A stretch of 64,000 nt of DNA, taken from Myxococcota bacterium. Lineage in GTDB: Bacteria > Myxococcota_A > UBA9160 > UBA4427. The notes beneath the pieces are model-generated. The model had not been told where the DNA came from. It did no database searches and saw only the letters and a list, made by a program, of their open reading frames with translations. Shown here piece after piece: positions 51,229 to 60,755 of this stretch. The translations under genes were made by a program, and so were the position numbers. How positions within the stretch are numbered: the stretch's first letter is position 1; the number at the start of each line of letters is the position of its first letter. Where the stretch lies: the NCBI GenBank assembly GCA_965250285.1, contig OZ252299.1, positions 3,360,001 to 3,424,000 on the forward strand, given 5' to 3'.

Positions 51229-52232
51229 TGCGCGCGCTCGTTCTGGTGACCACGCTCGCCGTCCTCGTCGTGAGCGTCACGGCGGCGTGGGTCGCCAATC
51301 GGCTCGAGCCCGCCAGCGACGACCCGATGGCGCCGACGTTCACCTTCGAGATCTTGCAGGGCGACTCGCTCGGCGCCGTCACGCGCGCGCTGCAGGCCGC
51401 CGACATGATCCGGGACGCGCGGGCGATGAACTGGCTCGCCCGGCTTCAGGATCGCGCCGGGCGCCTCTATGTGGGCGAGTACGAGGTCTCGCCGACGATG
51501 ACGCCCGACGAGATCCTCGACATGATCACCACGGGCAAGGTCAAGCTCCACAGCGTCACCGTGCCCGAGGGTCTGCGCGCGACCGAGATCGCCGCTCGGC
51601 TCGAAGCCGCCGGGCTCGCCGAAGCCGAGGCCTTCATGGCCGTGGTCAACGACCCGGTCTTCACCGAATCGATGGGCATCAACGAGCCGACGCTCGAGGG
51701 GTATCTCTACCCGGACACGTACCGGATGGCCAAGGGTCTGCCGGCGTCCGAAGTGGCGCGGGCCCTCGTCGACCAGTTCATGCGCGTGTGGGCCGAGCTC
51801 GCGCCGCTCGCCGAAGAGCGGGGCTTGTCGATGCACGAGGTGGTCACGCTCGCCTCGATCGTCGAGAAGGAGACGGCGGCCCCGTCCGAGCGACCGCTCA
51901 TCGCGGCGGTCTTCCTCAATCGGCTCGACAAGGGCATGCGCCTCGAGACCGACCCGACCGTCATCTACGGCATCGTCGACTTCGACGGCAACATCAAGAA
52001 GAAGCACCTGCTCGACGCCTCGAACCCGTACAACACGTACAAGATTCGCGGCCTGCCGCCCGGCCCGATCGCATCGCCCGGCGCCGATGCGCTGTCGGCC
52101 GTGCTGAACCCGGCCGAATCCGAGTATCTCTACTTCGTGTCGCGCAACGACGGCACGCACTACTTCTCGGAGACCTACCGTGAGCACGTCGACGCGGTGA
52201 ACCGCTACCAGAGGAGGAGGCGGTCGAGATGA
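51225..52232 (+). CDS. mltG: Endolytic transglycosylase MltG
   Basis: TVPEG, LEGYLYPDTY, LASIVEKET, VFLNRL, TDPTVIY, NPYNTY..GLPPGPI. Confidence 0.95.
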   Translation: MMRALVLVTTLAVLVVSVTAAWVANRLEPASDDPMAPTFTFEILQGDSLGAVTRALQAADMIRDARAMNWLARLQDRAGRLYVGEYEVSPTMTPDEILDMITTGKVKLHSVTVPEGLRATEIAARLEAAGLAEAEAFMAVVNDPVFTESMGINEPTLEGYLYPDTYRMAKGLPASEVARALVDQFMRVWAELAPLAEERGLSMHEVVTLASIVEKETAAPSERPLIAAVFLNRLDKGMRLETDPTVIYGIVDFDGNIKKKHLLDASNPYNTYKIRGLPPGPIASPGADALSAVLNPAESEYLYFVSRNDGTHYFSETYREHVDAVNRYQRRRRSR

Positions 52233-52855
52233 GCGCCCAGGCCGACCCCGCAGTCTTCTATCGCGAGCGCGTCCCCGCGCAGTTCAACCGCACCTTCGAC
52301 GAGCAGCAGGCGCGCGCCGCGAGCGGCGACGCAGACGCAGCCCGTTCGCTCAACGGCATGCGCACCGTCAACGCGACGATCCAGGTCGAAGTTGCGGGCG
52401 ACACCACGTATCACCTGAACGTCGAAGCCGGGCGCATGAGTGCGGGCGACGCCAACGCGCATGCCCCGTTCATGACGATGCAGCACGACCTCGAGAGCTT
52501 CGCCGTGCTCGAGCGAGAGAGCGGCGACTCGGTGCTCTCGTTTCTCGGCGGCCTCGCCGGCATGGGCGACGCCATGCTCCTCACGAGCCAACGCATCCAG
52601 AACCTCGCCGGCCTCGACGGCTCGCTGCTCTTCGAGCTGACCGGCTCGAAGGCGTTCAAGGTGCTCGTGCACTTCGGCGAGAATGAGATCGCCGCCGAGC
52701 CGACTTGCCACATCTCGGTCGACGGCGACAGCTACGACCAGCTGCGGTCGGGCGAGCTCGGCCCCCAGGACGCCTTCCTGGGCGGCCAGATTCAGGTCGA
52801 AGGCGACATGGCCATGGGGATGCAGGTGGCGCTCGCGGCCTTGTCACCCGAGTAG
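52229..52855 (+). CDS. SCP2 sterol/lipid-binding domain protein (probably tandem)
   Basis: C-terminal GELGPQDAFLGGQIQVEGDMAMGMQ SCP2 signature; N-terminal half has a similar beta pattern; ATGA overlap with mltG. Confidence 0.7.
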   Translation: MSAQADPAVFYRERVPAQFNRTFDEQQARAASGDADAARSLNGMRTVNATIQVEVAGDTTYHLNVEAGRMSAGDANAHAPFMTMQHDLESFAVLERESGDSVLSFLGGLAGMGDAMLLTSQRIQNLAGLDGSLLFELTGSKAFKVLVHFGENEIAAEPTCHISVDGDSYDQLRSGELGPQDAFLGGQIQVEGDMAMGMQVALAALSPE

Positions 52856-52879
52856 TCGCCCGCGTCGTCGCCCAAGCAG

Positions 52880-54946
52880 ATGGATCGAGACCGGCCTATT
52901 CGACCGAGCGAGCCCGAGCGGCCGCCGACGGCTCCGGCCCGCGGCCGGATCCCGTATCAGCCCGCCCTCGATGGCCTGCGCGGCTACCTGCTGCTCTTCA
53001 TGCTCTGCTTCCACGCCGAGCTGCCCTTCGCCGTCGGCGGCTTCCTGCCGATCTCGTCGTTCTTCACGCTCTCGGGCTTCTTGATCACCAGCCTCTTTCT
53101 CGCCGAACGAGAGGCCCGCGGCCGCATCGACCTCGGCACGTTCTGGATCCGGCGCATGCGGCGGCTGATGCCCGCCGCACTGTTGACGCTCGCGGCGATG
53201 CCCGTCTTCGGCGCGCTCTTCGCAACGCAGGCGCAGCTCGATCGCCTCTCGAGCCAAGTGGTGGCGGCACTGTTCTACGTGGCGAACTGGCAGCTGCTCT
53301 TCTCGGGCGCCGACTACACGAATCTCTTCGCCGCGCCGTCGCCCGTCCACCACTTCTGGTCGCTCGCCATCGAAGAGCAGTTCTACGTGCTCTATCCGCT
53401 CTGGACCGTGGCGGCGCTCGGGGCGGGCGCTCGCTGGCGTGGCGCCGCGGGCGAGCGGCTCGTACTCGGGGCCACGCTCGTCGCCGGCATCGCCGGTTCG
53501 ATCGGCCTGTCGGTCTGGCTGACGCTCGGCGGCCATGGGCCCGACCGCGTGTACTACGGCTCGGATACGCGCGCCGCCGAGCTGCTGATGGGGGCCCTGG
53601 CCGGGGTCGTGCTGAGCCGGCTCGATCTTTCCGGCCGGCGCTCGATGGTCGTCGCGTGGATCGGCCTTGCGGCCCTCGCCTGCATGACGTGGACGTGGAC
53701 CTGGGTGCCGCTCTCGGCCCGCTGGCTCTACCTCGGCGGCTTCGGGCTCTACTCGATCCTGTCGGTCTGCGTGATCGCAGCGGCCGTGCAGTCCGCCGGT
53801 CCCGTGCGACGTCTGCTCTCGCAGCCGGCCCTCTGCTGGACCGGCCGCGTCTCGTACGGCGCGTACCTGTTCCACTGGCCGATCTTCCTCGTCCTCACCG
53901 AGGCGCGGACCGGGCTCGACACGGCGCCGCTCTTCGCGCTGCGCGTCGCGGCGACGTTCGGGCTCGCGGGCCTCGTCCATCGGGTGCTCGAGTCGCCGAT
54001 TCGGCGCGGGCACACGCTCGCGGGCCGCAGCGGTGCCGGCGCCGTCGTCGCGGCGGCGGCGCTCGTCCTCGTCGGCGCGCTCGTCTGGATCCCCGCCGAG
54101 CGCCGCGCGGGACACGCCGACGCAGCGAACGTCGATGTCGAGGCCCTCGACGCGTTCATCCTGGCGGCGCAGAACAGCGATGCATCGGTCTTCACCATCG
54201 ACCCGAACGCGCCGGCACCCGGGCGCGGCCGCGCCCGGCCCCGCATGTCGATCTTCGGCGACTCGAACGCTCTCTACCTGGGGCTGGCGCTCGGATACGT
54301 GCTCGATCACAAATGGGGCGCGGTGACGGCGACGCCCGGTCTGGCCGAGCCCGGATGCGGTGTGCTCGACGAGGGCCTCTTCCGGTGCCGGGGCGAGCCG
54401 CGCGAGCGCTTCCTCCGCTGCTCGGATCGCTCCGATTGGGGCGACGCGCGTGCCTACGGTCGCCCCGATCTCGTCGTCGTGTTCGTGGGGCCGTGGGACG
54501 TGTGCGATCGCCAGCTGCCCGGGCGCGAGGATTGGCTCGCGCCCGGCGACGCCGCGCTCGACCGCGCGCTCCGCGACAAGGTGACCGAGGCGGTCGATCT
54601 GCTCTCGGCCGACGGGGCGCTGGTCGTCTGGCTCACGCATCCCGAGATCGAAGCGCGGGGCCGCGGCGGCCGCCGGCCGACGACGCCCTACCCCGAGTCG
54701 GATCCCGCCCGGATGGCGCGCTTCAACGAGGTGATCTTCGAAGCCGCGGCGCTGCGCCCGGGTCGCATGGCCGTGGTCGACCTCGCAGCCTGGATGGCCG
54801 ACCGGCCCGAGGGCTCCCTCGACGACACCGAGCGTCCAGACGGCACGCACTTCTCGACCGCGGGCGCGCTGCGCGTCATCGACGCATGGCTGGGCGAGGC
54901 GATCCTCGAGGCCTATCGCAAAGCCGCCCCCCCGCCGCCCGGCTGA
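52880..54946 (+). CDS. Acyltransferase-3 + SGNH fusion (OatA/OafA-like O-acyltransferase)
   Basis: ALDGLRG, FFTLSGFLIT, RRMRRLMPA, HFWSLAIEEQFY, SYGAYLFHWP; C-terminal FGDSN and DGTH. Confidence 0.88.
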   Translation: MDRDRPIRPSEPERPPTAPARGRIPYQPALDGLRGYLLLFMLCFHAELPFAVGGFLPISSFFTLSGFLITSLFLAEREARGRIDLGTFWIRRMRRLMPAALLTLAAMPVFGALFATQAQLDRLSSQVVAALFYVANWQLLFSGADYTNLFAAPSPVHHFWSLAIEEQFYVLYPLWTVAALGAGARWRGAAGERLVLGATLVAGIAGSIGLSVWLTLGGHGPDRVYYGSDTRAAELLMGALAGVVLSRLDLSGRRSMVVAWIGLAALACMTWTWTWVPLSARWLYLGGFGLYSILSVCVIAAAVQSAGPVRRLLSQPALCWTGRVSYGAYLFHWPIFLVLTEARTGLDTAPLFALRVAATFGLAGLVHRVLESPIRRGHTLAGRSGAGAVVAAAALVLVGALVWIPAERRAGHADAANVDVEALDAFILAAQNSDASVFTIDPNAPAPGRGRARPRMSIFGDSNALYLGLALGYVLDHKWGAVTATPGLAEPGCGVLDEGLFRCRGEPRERFLRCSDRSDWGDARAYGRPDLVVVFVGPWDVCDRQLPGREDWLAPGDAALDRALRDKVTEAVDLLSADGALVVWLTHPEIEARGRGGRRPTTPYPESDPARMARFNEVIFEAAALRPGRMAVVDLAAWMADRPEGSLDDTERPDGTHFSTAGALRVIDAWLGEAILEAYRKAAPPPPG

Positions 54947-54950
54947 GCCG

Positions 54951-56084
54951 CTAGGCGTCACCCGCGAGCAGGGCAGGCCGCGCCGGCGACAGCGCGGCGC
55001 GCTCGTCGGGGTCGACCGGCGCGCGCATCAAGAGCGCCGCCGCGAGTCGCCCCGCCTCAGCGCCGCAGACCATGCCGGCGCCCGCGAGCCCGGCGACCCA
55101 GTGAAGCCCGTCGACGTCGCCATCGGCACCGATCACGAATCGACCGTCGGCCGTCAGCGTGCGCAGACCGCACCAGAAGTGTCCGGCCGCCCCATGCAAG
55201 AGCTCGGGCATGAAGCGCGCGGCCTTTCGCGCGATGAGCTCGCGCACGGCGTCGTCGCGACGCAGGCCATCGGGCTCGGCGTCGGTCAGGTCACACGCGC
55301 AGAGCAGCATGCCTCCGCTTTCGGGGCGTGCATAGAAGGCGTCGTCGCCGAGCTGCCAGACAACGGGCCAGTCTGGATCGATCCCCGCCGCCGGGCGAGT
55401 CACCATCAGGTGGCGTCGGGTCGGACGGAGCCGCACCCGCGAGCCCGCGCGGGCGCCGAGTTCGGCGGCCCATCCGCCGCTCGCGATCACCACGCGCGGC
55501 GCGTCGATGCGGGCGCCGGTCTCGAGGCGCACGCCTCGGACACCACCGCGCTCGACCGCGATCTCGGCGACGGGTGCGCTCTTCACGATCTCGACGCCGC
55601 GTGCCCGGGCGCCCCGCGCGAAGCCGAGCGTCAAGGCCGCGATGTCGATCTCGCCGTCGTCCGGCAGAAACACGGCGCCGGCGCCCTGGGGCTGGATCCA
55701 TGGGTGACGTGCCGCGATGCCATCCCGATCCAACCACTCGAAGCGCAGCCCCTCGCCCACCGCCTCGGCCTGGCGCTCGAGTGCCCGCTCTTCGCCCTTG
55801 GCGGCGAGCAACAACAGGCCGCGCGGGCGCACGAGCGGCACGTCGGCAAAGTCGACCGGCGGCGCGCGCAGGAACCCGGCGCTGCGCAGCGCGATGCGGC
55901 TCGTGAGCACGTCTTCGTCGAGCGTGCGGAGGATCGCGGCGTTCAGCGCGCTCGACTCGGCCGCGAGCATCGCGTTGCGCTCGACGAGCACGACTCGACC
56001 CGCATCGCGGTGCGCCGCCAGGTGGTAGGCGGTCGCGAGGCCGGCGACGCCGCCCCCCACGATCACGATCTCGGCCGTCGACAT
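54951..56084 (-). CDS. FAD-dependent oxidoreductase, D-amino-acid oxidase / glycine oxidase family
   Basis: IVIVGGGVAGLATAYHL, WCGLRTLTADGRFVIG, GLAGAG. Confidence 0.85.
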   Translation of the reverse strand: MSTAEIVIVGGGVAGLATAYHLAAHRDAGRVVLVERNAMLAAESSALNAAILRTLDEDVLTSRIALRSAGFLRAPPVDFADVPLVRPRGLLLLAAKGEERALERQAEAVGEGLRFEWLDRDGIAARHPWIQPQGAGAVFLPDDGEIDIAALTLGFARGARARGVEIVKSAPVAEIAVERGGVRGVRLETGARIDAPRVVIASGGWAAELGARAGSRVRLRPTRRHLMVTRPAAGIDPDWPVVWQLGDDAFYARPESGGMLLCACDLTDAEPDGLRRDDAVRELIARKAARFMPELLHGAAGHFWCGLRTLTADGRFVIGADGDVDGLHWVAGLAGAGMVCGAEAGRLAAALLMRAPVDPDERAALSPARPALLAGDA

Positions 56085-56173
56085 AGAGCGAGGGTACCAG
56101 AGCGCCCGCCGACCTGAAGTCGGAGCCCCGCGCGAGCGGCGCTCGGGCCGGCGCGCGCACGGGGCGCGGGGCC

Positions 56174-56212
56174 CAAAACAGACGGGGCGCATCCCGGTGA
56201 GGATGCGCCCCG
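56174..56212 (-). terminator. Terminator-like hairpin after mreB
   Basis: CGGGGCGCATCC-6 nt-GGATGCGCCCCG, followed on the minus strand by TCTGTTTT. Confidence 0.65.
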
Positions 56213-56238
56213 CGCGTCACTTCGAGTCGTTCGGGGTC

Positions 56239-57276
56239 TCAGCCGAGCGCCACCTCGCGCAGCAGCGAGATGTTGTCGAGGGCCTTGCCCGCGCCGTGCA
56301 CGACGGCCGTGTACGGATCTTCGCTGCGCAGGATCGGCAGCTTGGTCTCCTGGCGCAGCACCTGGTCGAGATCCTGCAGCAGGGATCCACCGCCCACGAG
56401 CATGATGCCGCGGTCGACGATGTCGGCGGCCAGCTCGGGCGGCGTCTTCTCGAGGGTGAGGTGCACGGTCTCGACGATCGCGTGGATCGGCTCGACGAGC
56501 GCCTCGCGAATCTCTTCACTGGTCGTCACGACGACCTTCGGGATGCCCGCGACGAGGTCACGGCCCTTGATCTCCATGGTCGACTGCTTCGTGTCGGGCG
56601 AAGCGGTGCCGATCGTCATCTTGACGCTCTCGGCGGTGCGCTCACCGATCAGCATGTTGTACTTGCGCTTCACGTAGTTGATGATCGCCTCGTCCATCTT
56701 GTCGCCGCCGATGCGAATCGATCGGCTGGTGACGATGCCCGAGAGCGAGATCACGGCGACGTCGGTGGTGCCGCCGCCGATGTCGACGACCATGTTGCCG
56801 GTCGCGGCCGTGACGTCGAGGCCCGCACCGATGGCCGCGGCCATGGGCTCCTCGATCAGGAACACCTCGCGTGCACCCGCCGACAGCGCCGACTCGCGAA
56901 CGGCGCGCTTTTCGACGCTGGTGATGCACGGGGGCACGCACACGACGATGCGCGGGCGCGCGAGCGTCCGACGGTTGTGTGCGCGGTGGATGAAGTAGCG
57001 GAGCATCGCCTCGGTGATCTCGAAGTCGGCGATGACGCCGTCCTTGATCGGGCGGATCGCATTGATCGAGCCCGGCGTGCGCCCGAGCATCTCCTTGGCC
57101 GCATGACCGACGGCGAGCACGCGCTGACCGCGTCCATCGGATTTGTCGGTGACGGCGACGACCGAGGGCTCGCTGCAGACGAGGCCCTTGCCCCGGCTGT
57201 AGACGAGGGTGTTCGCCGTCCCCAGATCGATGGCGAGATCGTGCGAGAACCATCCTGCGATGGAGTCGAGCAGCAT
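56239..57276 (-). CDS. mreB: Rod shape-determining actin homolog MreB
   Basis: True start MLLDSIAGWFSHDLAIDLGTANT; EPSVVA, RPIKDGVIADF, EEPMAAAIGAG, VDIGGGTT, GGGSLL. Confidence 0.96.
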   Translation of the reverse strand: MLLDSIAGWFSHDLAIDLGTANTLVYSRGKGLVCSEPSVVAVTDKSDGRGQRVLAVGHAAKEMLGRTPGSINAIRPIKDGVIADFEITEAMLRYFIHRAHNRRTLARPRIVVCVPPCITSVEKRAVRESALSAGAREVFLIEEPMAAAIGAGLDVTAATGNMVVDIGGGTTDVAVISLSGIVTSRSIRIGGDKMDEAIINYVKRKYNMLIGERTAESVKMTIGTASPDTKQSTMEIKGRDLVAGIPKVVVTTSEEIREALVEPIHAIVETVHLTLEKTPPELAADIVDRGIMLVGGGSLLQDLDQVLRQETKLPILRSEDPYTAVVHGAGKALDNISLLREVALG

Positions 57277-57571
57277 CGGCGTGTCCTTCCAGGCAGTCGG
57301 ATCGCTCGGGGGGGCGTCGAGACCTGAAGGACTGATCGGCAACAGCGCGCAGCAGTTGAGGCAAAACTGCGGCGCTGCAGTTGAAACGGACGGGCCGGGT
57401 GATCCGGGACACGCAGTGGGCGGCTCGTGCGCGCGAACGCGCGCATGCGGGGCATTCACCCCCCCAACCGCGACACGATCGGGCAGCGTTTCGCCACTCG
57501 GCTTCAGATGGATCGCCGTGCGCCCTGCGAACCGGGCCGCACGCCCTGAGGTCGCCCGGAGGCTCAGTGCC

Positions 57572-58222
57572 TCAGAAGTCGACGACCCTCGGCTCGGTCG
57601 CTTCGGCCTCGGGCTCGGCCGCGGCGGGCGCCTCGGAGGCGCCGCCGTCCCGTACCTGGGATTCGAGACCGCCGGCCGCGGCCGCCGGCGAGCCCGGCTC
57701 GGCGTGGGCGAGATCGCTGACCGCCTGGGCACGGCTCGCGAGATCGTCGACCGCGCTGCGCACGGTCGCGAGATGGGTGCGGTGCGCGTCGAGCTCGGCG
57801 CCGACGGCCGCGAGCTCGGCTTCGAGCGACTCGATCTGCGCGGTGAGCTGATCGGCCCGCTGCCCCTGCCACAGCGCGAAGACGACGGTGATCGCCAGTG
57901 CGATGCCGAGCAGCAGCGGCAATCGGCTGCGCCGCGGCGGTGCTTCGGTGGGCGCCGGGGCCGGGTTCGGCGGCGGCGTCGAGGCGGAGGGCGCGGGCTT
58001 GGGCGTGGGCGCGGGCGTGGGCGTGGGCGTGGGAGAAGGCGAAGGCGCGGACGCCGACGAAGCGCCGGGCTCAGGGGACGGCGCCGCCTTGGGCGCCGGC
58101 TCGCTCTTCGGCGCGGCAGCGGCGGCGCCGGGGGCCTGGGTGCCCTCGGCGTCGCCGTCGACCACCTTCAGGTCGGGCTTCGCCTCGGGCTGGAGATCAG
58201 TGGAGTCGTTCGATGCGGACAC
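57572..58222 (-). CDS. Pro/Ala-rich single-pass membrane protein with coiled coil
   Basis: GGAGG RBS; PSPSPTPTPTPAP region, RRSR + TM (LPLLLGIALAITVVFALW), heptad segment. Confidence 0.65.
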   Translation of the reverse strand: MSASNDSTDLQPEAKPDLKVVDGDAEGTQAPGAAAAAPKSEPAPKAAPSPEPGASSASAPSPSPTPTPTPAPTPKPAPSASTPPPNPAPAPTEAPPRRSRLPLLLGIALAITVVFALWQGQRADQLTAQIESLEAELAAVGAELDAHRTHLATVRSAVDDLASRAQAVSDLAHAEPGSPAAAAGGLESQVRDGGASEAPAAAEPEAEATEPRVVDF

Positions 58223-58332
58223 GGCGCGGCCCTCCGGTGCGGTGACGCCGGCGGCGCGGAGCGAGTCGTTCGGACGAGTGAGCCGCTTTCGGCTCGGTCT
58301 GGCTGGGCTTGCGCTCGAGGGGCCGGCTCGGA

Positions 58333-59739
58333 TCAGCTCTGGATGACCAGCTTCGAGAGGCTCGTCTTGCGCAGGTTGGTCTTCTGAATCGTCCGCACGA
58401 GCTCCGCCACCTTCTCGGTGTCGGTCTCGAAGGGATTGTTGCAGATCACGCGGACGTTCAACAGGTTGCCGAGCCGGATGTTCGACCAGTCGAGGTCGTA
58501 CTGGATCGAGTTCTCGCGGGCCAGCTTGATGAACTCGCCCCGCATCCGGGCGCGCGTGTCGGGCGGCGGCTCGCTCTTCGCGGCATCGACCTCTTCATCG
58601 CTGAAGACGCGCTCGACCGCGCCCCGCCGCTCGAGCAGGTAGTAGAGGCTGCGGTCGCGCTGGATGTCGTGGTACTGCAGGTCGAGCATGAAGACCTTCG
58701 GATCGCTCCACGACGCGCCATGGCGATCGACGTAGCTCTCGATCAGCTTGCGCTTGATCACCCAGTCGACGTGCCGGTCGAGCTTGTTCGGATCGTCGTC
58801 GAGGCAATCGAGCACGTACTGCCACATGCCAACGGCCTGCTTGTGCTCGTCGTCGACCGGATACTGCTCGATGTACTTCTGCGCCATCTCGCAGTACTCG
58901 CGCTGGATCTCGATCGGGCTGTACTCGCGCCCGTTGTCGAGTCGCAGCTTGCGCTTGCAGGTGACGTCGTAGGTGATGTCCTTGATGGCCTTCACGGGGT
59001 TGCGCAGCGTGAAGTCCTTGTTGATGTAGTTGTCCTCGATCATCTGGAGGACGACCGAGCAGGCACCCACCTTCACGAAGTTGGTGTACTCGCTCATGTT
59101 CGAGTCGCCGACGATCACGTGTAGGCGTCGATACTTCTCGCGGTCGGCGTGGGGCTCGTCGCGGGTGTTGATGATCGAGCGATCGTTGGTCGTGGTGCCC
59201 GAGATCTTCTGATAGATGTGCTGGGCACGCTGGCTGACGCAGTAGTGCACGCCGTCCTGGGTCTGGAAGACCTTGCCCGCGCCCGTGTAGATCTGGCGCG
59301 TCACGAGGAACGGGATCAGCTGCTCGGCCAGGTAGTAGAAGTCGACGTCTCGGTCGACGAGATAGTTCTCGTGACAGCCGTAGCTGTTGCCCACGAAGTC
59401 GGTGTTGTTCTTGAAGATCGAGAGCTTCCCGGGGATGCGCTCCTCGGCGATCTTCTCTTCGGCGTAGTTCTGCAGATCCTCGAGGATCCGCTCACCCGCC
59501 TTGTCGTAGATGATGAGCTGCTTCGGCGAGATGCACTCGGGCGTCGCGTACTCGGGGTGGCACCCGGTGTCCTGGTAGAAGCGCGCGCCGTTCTCGAGGA
59601 AGACGTTGAGAAAGTGCTCGGTGGTGATCAGCTTCTCGAAGAGAAAGCGGATGGCCTTCTCGACCGGCAGGGTCTTCCGCCCTTCGGGCGTGAAGATGAT
59701 CCCGTACTCGGTCTCGATTCCGTAGATCCGCTTCTGCAT
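58333..59739 (-). CDS. pafA: Pup--protein ligase
   Basis: True start MQKRIYGIETEYG; FLENGARFYQDTGCHPEYATPEC, KNNTD..GNSYGCHENY, IINTRDEPHAD.EKYRRLHVIVGDSNM, DLQYHDI, PPDTRA. Confidence 0.93.
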   Translation of the reverse strand: MQKRIYGIETEYGIIFTPEGRKTLPVEKAIRFLFEKLITTEHFLNVFLENGARFYQDTGCHPEYATPECISPKQLIIYDKAGERILEDLQNYAEEKIAEERIPGKLSIFKNNTDFVGNSYGCHENYLVDRDVDFYYLAEQLIPFLVTRQIYTGAGKVFQTQDGVHYCVSQRAQHIYQKISGTTTNDRSIINTRDEPHADREKYRRLHVIVGDSNMSEYTNFVKVGACSVVLQMIEDNYINKDFTLRNPVKAIKDITYDVTCKRKLRLDNGREYSPIEIQREYCEMAQKYIEQYPVDDEHKQAVGMWQYVLDCLDDDPNKLDRHVDWVIKRKLIESYVDRHGASWSDPKVFMLDLQYHDIQRDRSLYYLLERRGAVERVFSDEEVDAAKSEPPPDTRARMRGEFIKLARENSIQYDLDWSNIRLGNLLNVRVICNNPFETDTEKVAELVRTIQKTNLRKTSLSKLVIQS

Positions 59740-59976
59740 CTTCCTCGACCTTCGCTCTTCTTCCTTCGCCCTTCGTCCGCGCGACCTTCCACTCACCACT
59801 CACTGGCCGACTGCGGGCCATCGTTCGACCGAGCGGCTCGGGCGCCGAGCGCCCCTCGAAACCGGTCGCGCGACCGGGTGCAGAGACCCTAGCGCTTCCG
59901 TTGCGAGGCCCGGCGCCCGTGGCGGCGGCCGCCCGGGAATCCGACGAATCTGGACGAAGCTGTCCAGGACACGCCG

Positions 59977-60675
59977 TCAGCCTCCGAGCAGACCACTGAC
60001 CTCATCGGCAGAAAGCCGTCGGAACTTGCGGCGCCCATCCTCGCGGTTGAGAACGCAAACTTCCATGTTCTCCGGAGCCAGCGGCCCGCCGCCATCCCGC
60101 CCCGCTTCGAGGGCGCGCCGCCCCAGGGTGAGCCCGGCCGCCAGATCCATCCCGGCCCGGAACTCGTCGCGGAGCACCTGCTCGACGCCATCGACGTTGC
60201 CGCCGATCACGCAGAAATCGCGGTGATCGCTGATGAAACCGTCGAAGCTGATGCGGTAGAGGGCGTTCTCCTTGTGGTCTTCGTAGCGGTCGTCCCCCAC
60301 CTCGGCCACGATGAGCTCGATCTCGAGCGGCTTCATCTGGTTGGTGAAGACTTCGCCGATCGCCTGGCTGTACGCGTTGGCGATCGCTTTGCCGCGCACG
60401 TCCTCTCGGCTGTAGGCGTAGCCCTTCGTGTCGGCGAAGCGCACGCCGAGCTTCCGCAGCTGATCGAACTCGCTGAACTTGCCGACGCCGGCGAACGCGA
60501 TGCGGTCGTAGAGCTCGCCGACCTTCTGCAGTGTCGTCGAGTTCTCGGCCATCATCAGCACGCCATCCGCACACTCGAGGACGGCGATCGACTTGCCACG
60601 CGAGATGCCCTTGCGCGCAAAGTTCGCCTTGTCCTCCATCACCTGTTCGGGTGAGACGTAGAACGGCATGCTCAT
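59977..60675 (-). CDS. prcA: 20S proteasome subunit alpha
   Basis: MSMPFYVSPEQVMEDKANFARKGISRGKS, YDRIAFAGVGKFSEF, GYAYSREDV, KPLEIELIVAEVG. Confidence 0.95.
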   Translation of the reverse strand: MSMPFYVSPEQVMEDKANFARKGISRGKSIAVLECADGVLMMAENSTTLQKVGELYDRIAFAGVGKFSEFDQLRKLGVRFADTKGYAYSREDVRGKAIANAYSQAIGEVFTNQMKPLEIELIVAEVGDDRYEDHKENALYRISFDGFISDHRDFCVIGGNVDGVEQVLRDEFRAGMDLAAGLTLGRRALEAGRDGGGPLAPENMEVCVLNREDGRRKFRRLSADEVSGLLGG

Positions 60676-60755
60676 CGGGCTGTACCTCCGCCGATGCGTC
60701 GGCGCTGCGTTTCAGATGCGGCCAGCGAGGGCCCGCAAGAGAACGGCATGCTCAT
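60672..60755 (-). CDS. Putative 27-aa coupling mini-ORF MSMPFSCGPSLAASETQRRRIGGGTAR
   Basis: Its ATG overlaps the prcB TGA and its TGA overlaps the prcA ATG; GGAGG 9 nt upstream. It results from a 34-bp duplication. Confidence 0.4.
   Translation of the reverse strand: MSMPFSCGPSLAASETQRRRIGGGTAR

Noticed and set aside
59862..59877. 16-bp palindrome CCGGTCGCGCGACCGG between prcA and pafA
   Set aside because: Almost all G/C with no U-tail or second copy, so it cannot be distinguished from chance.
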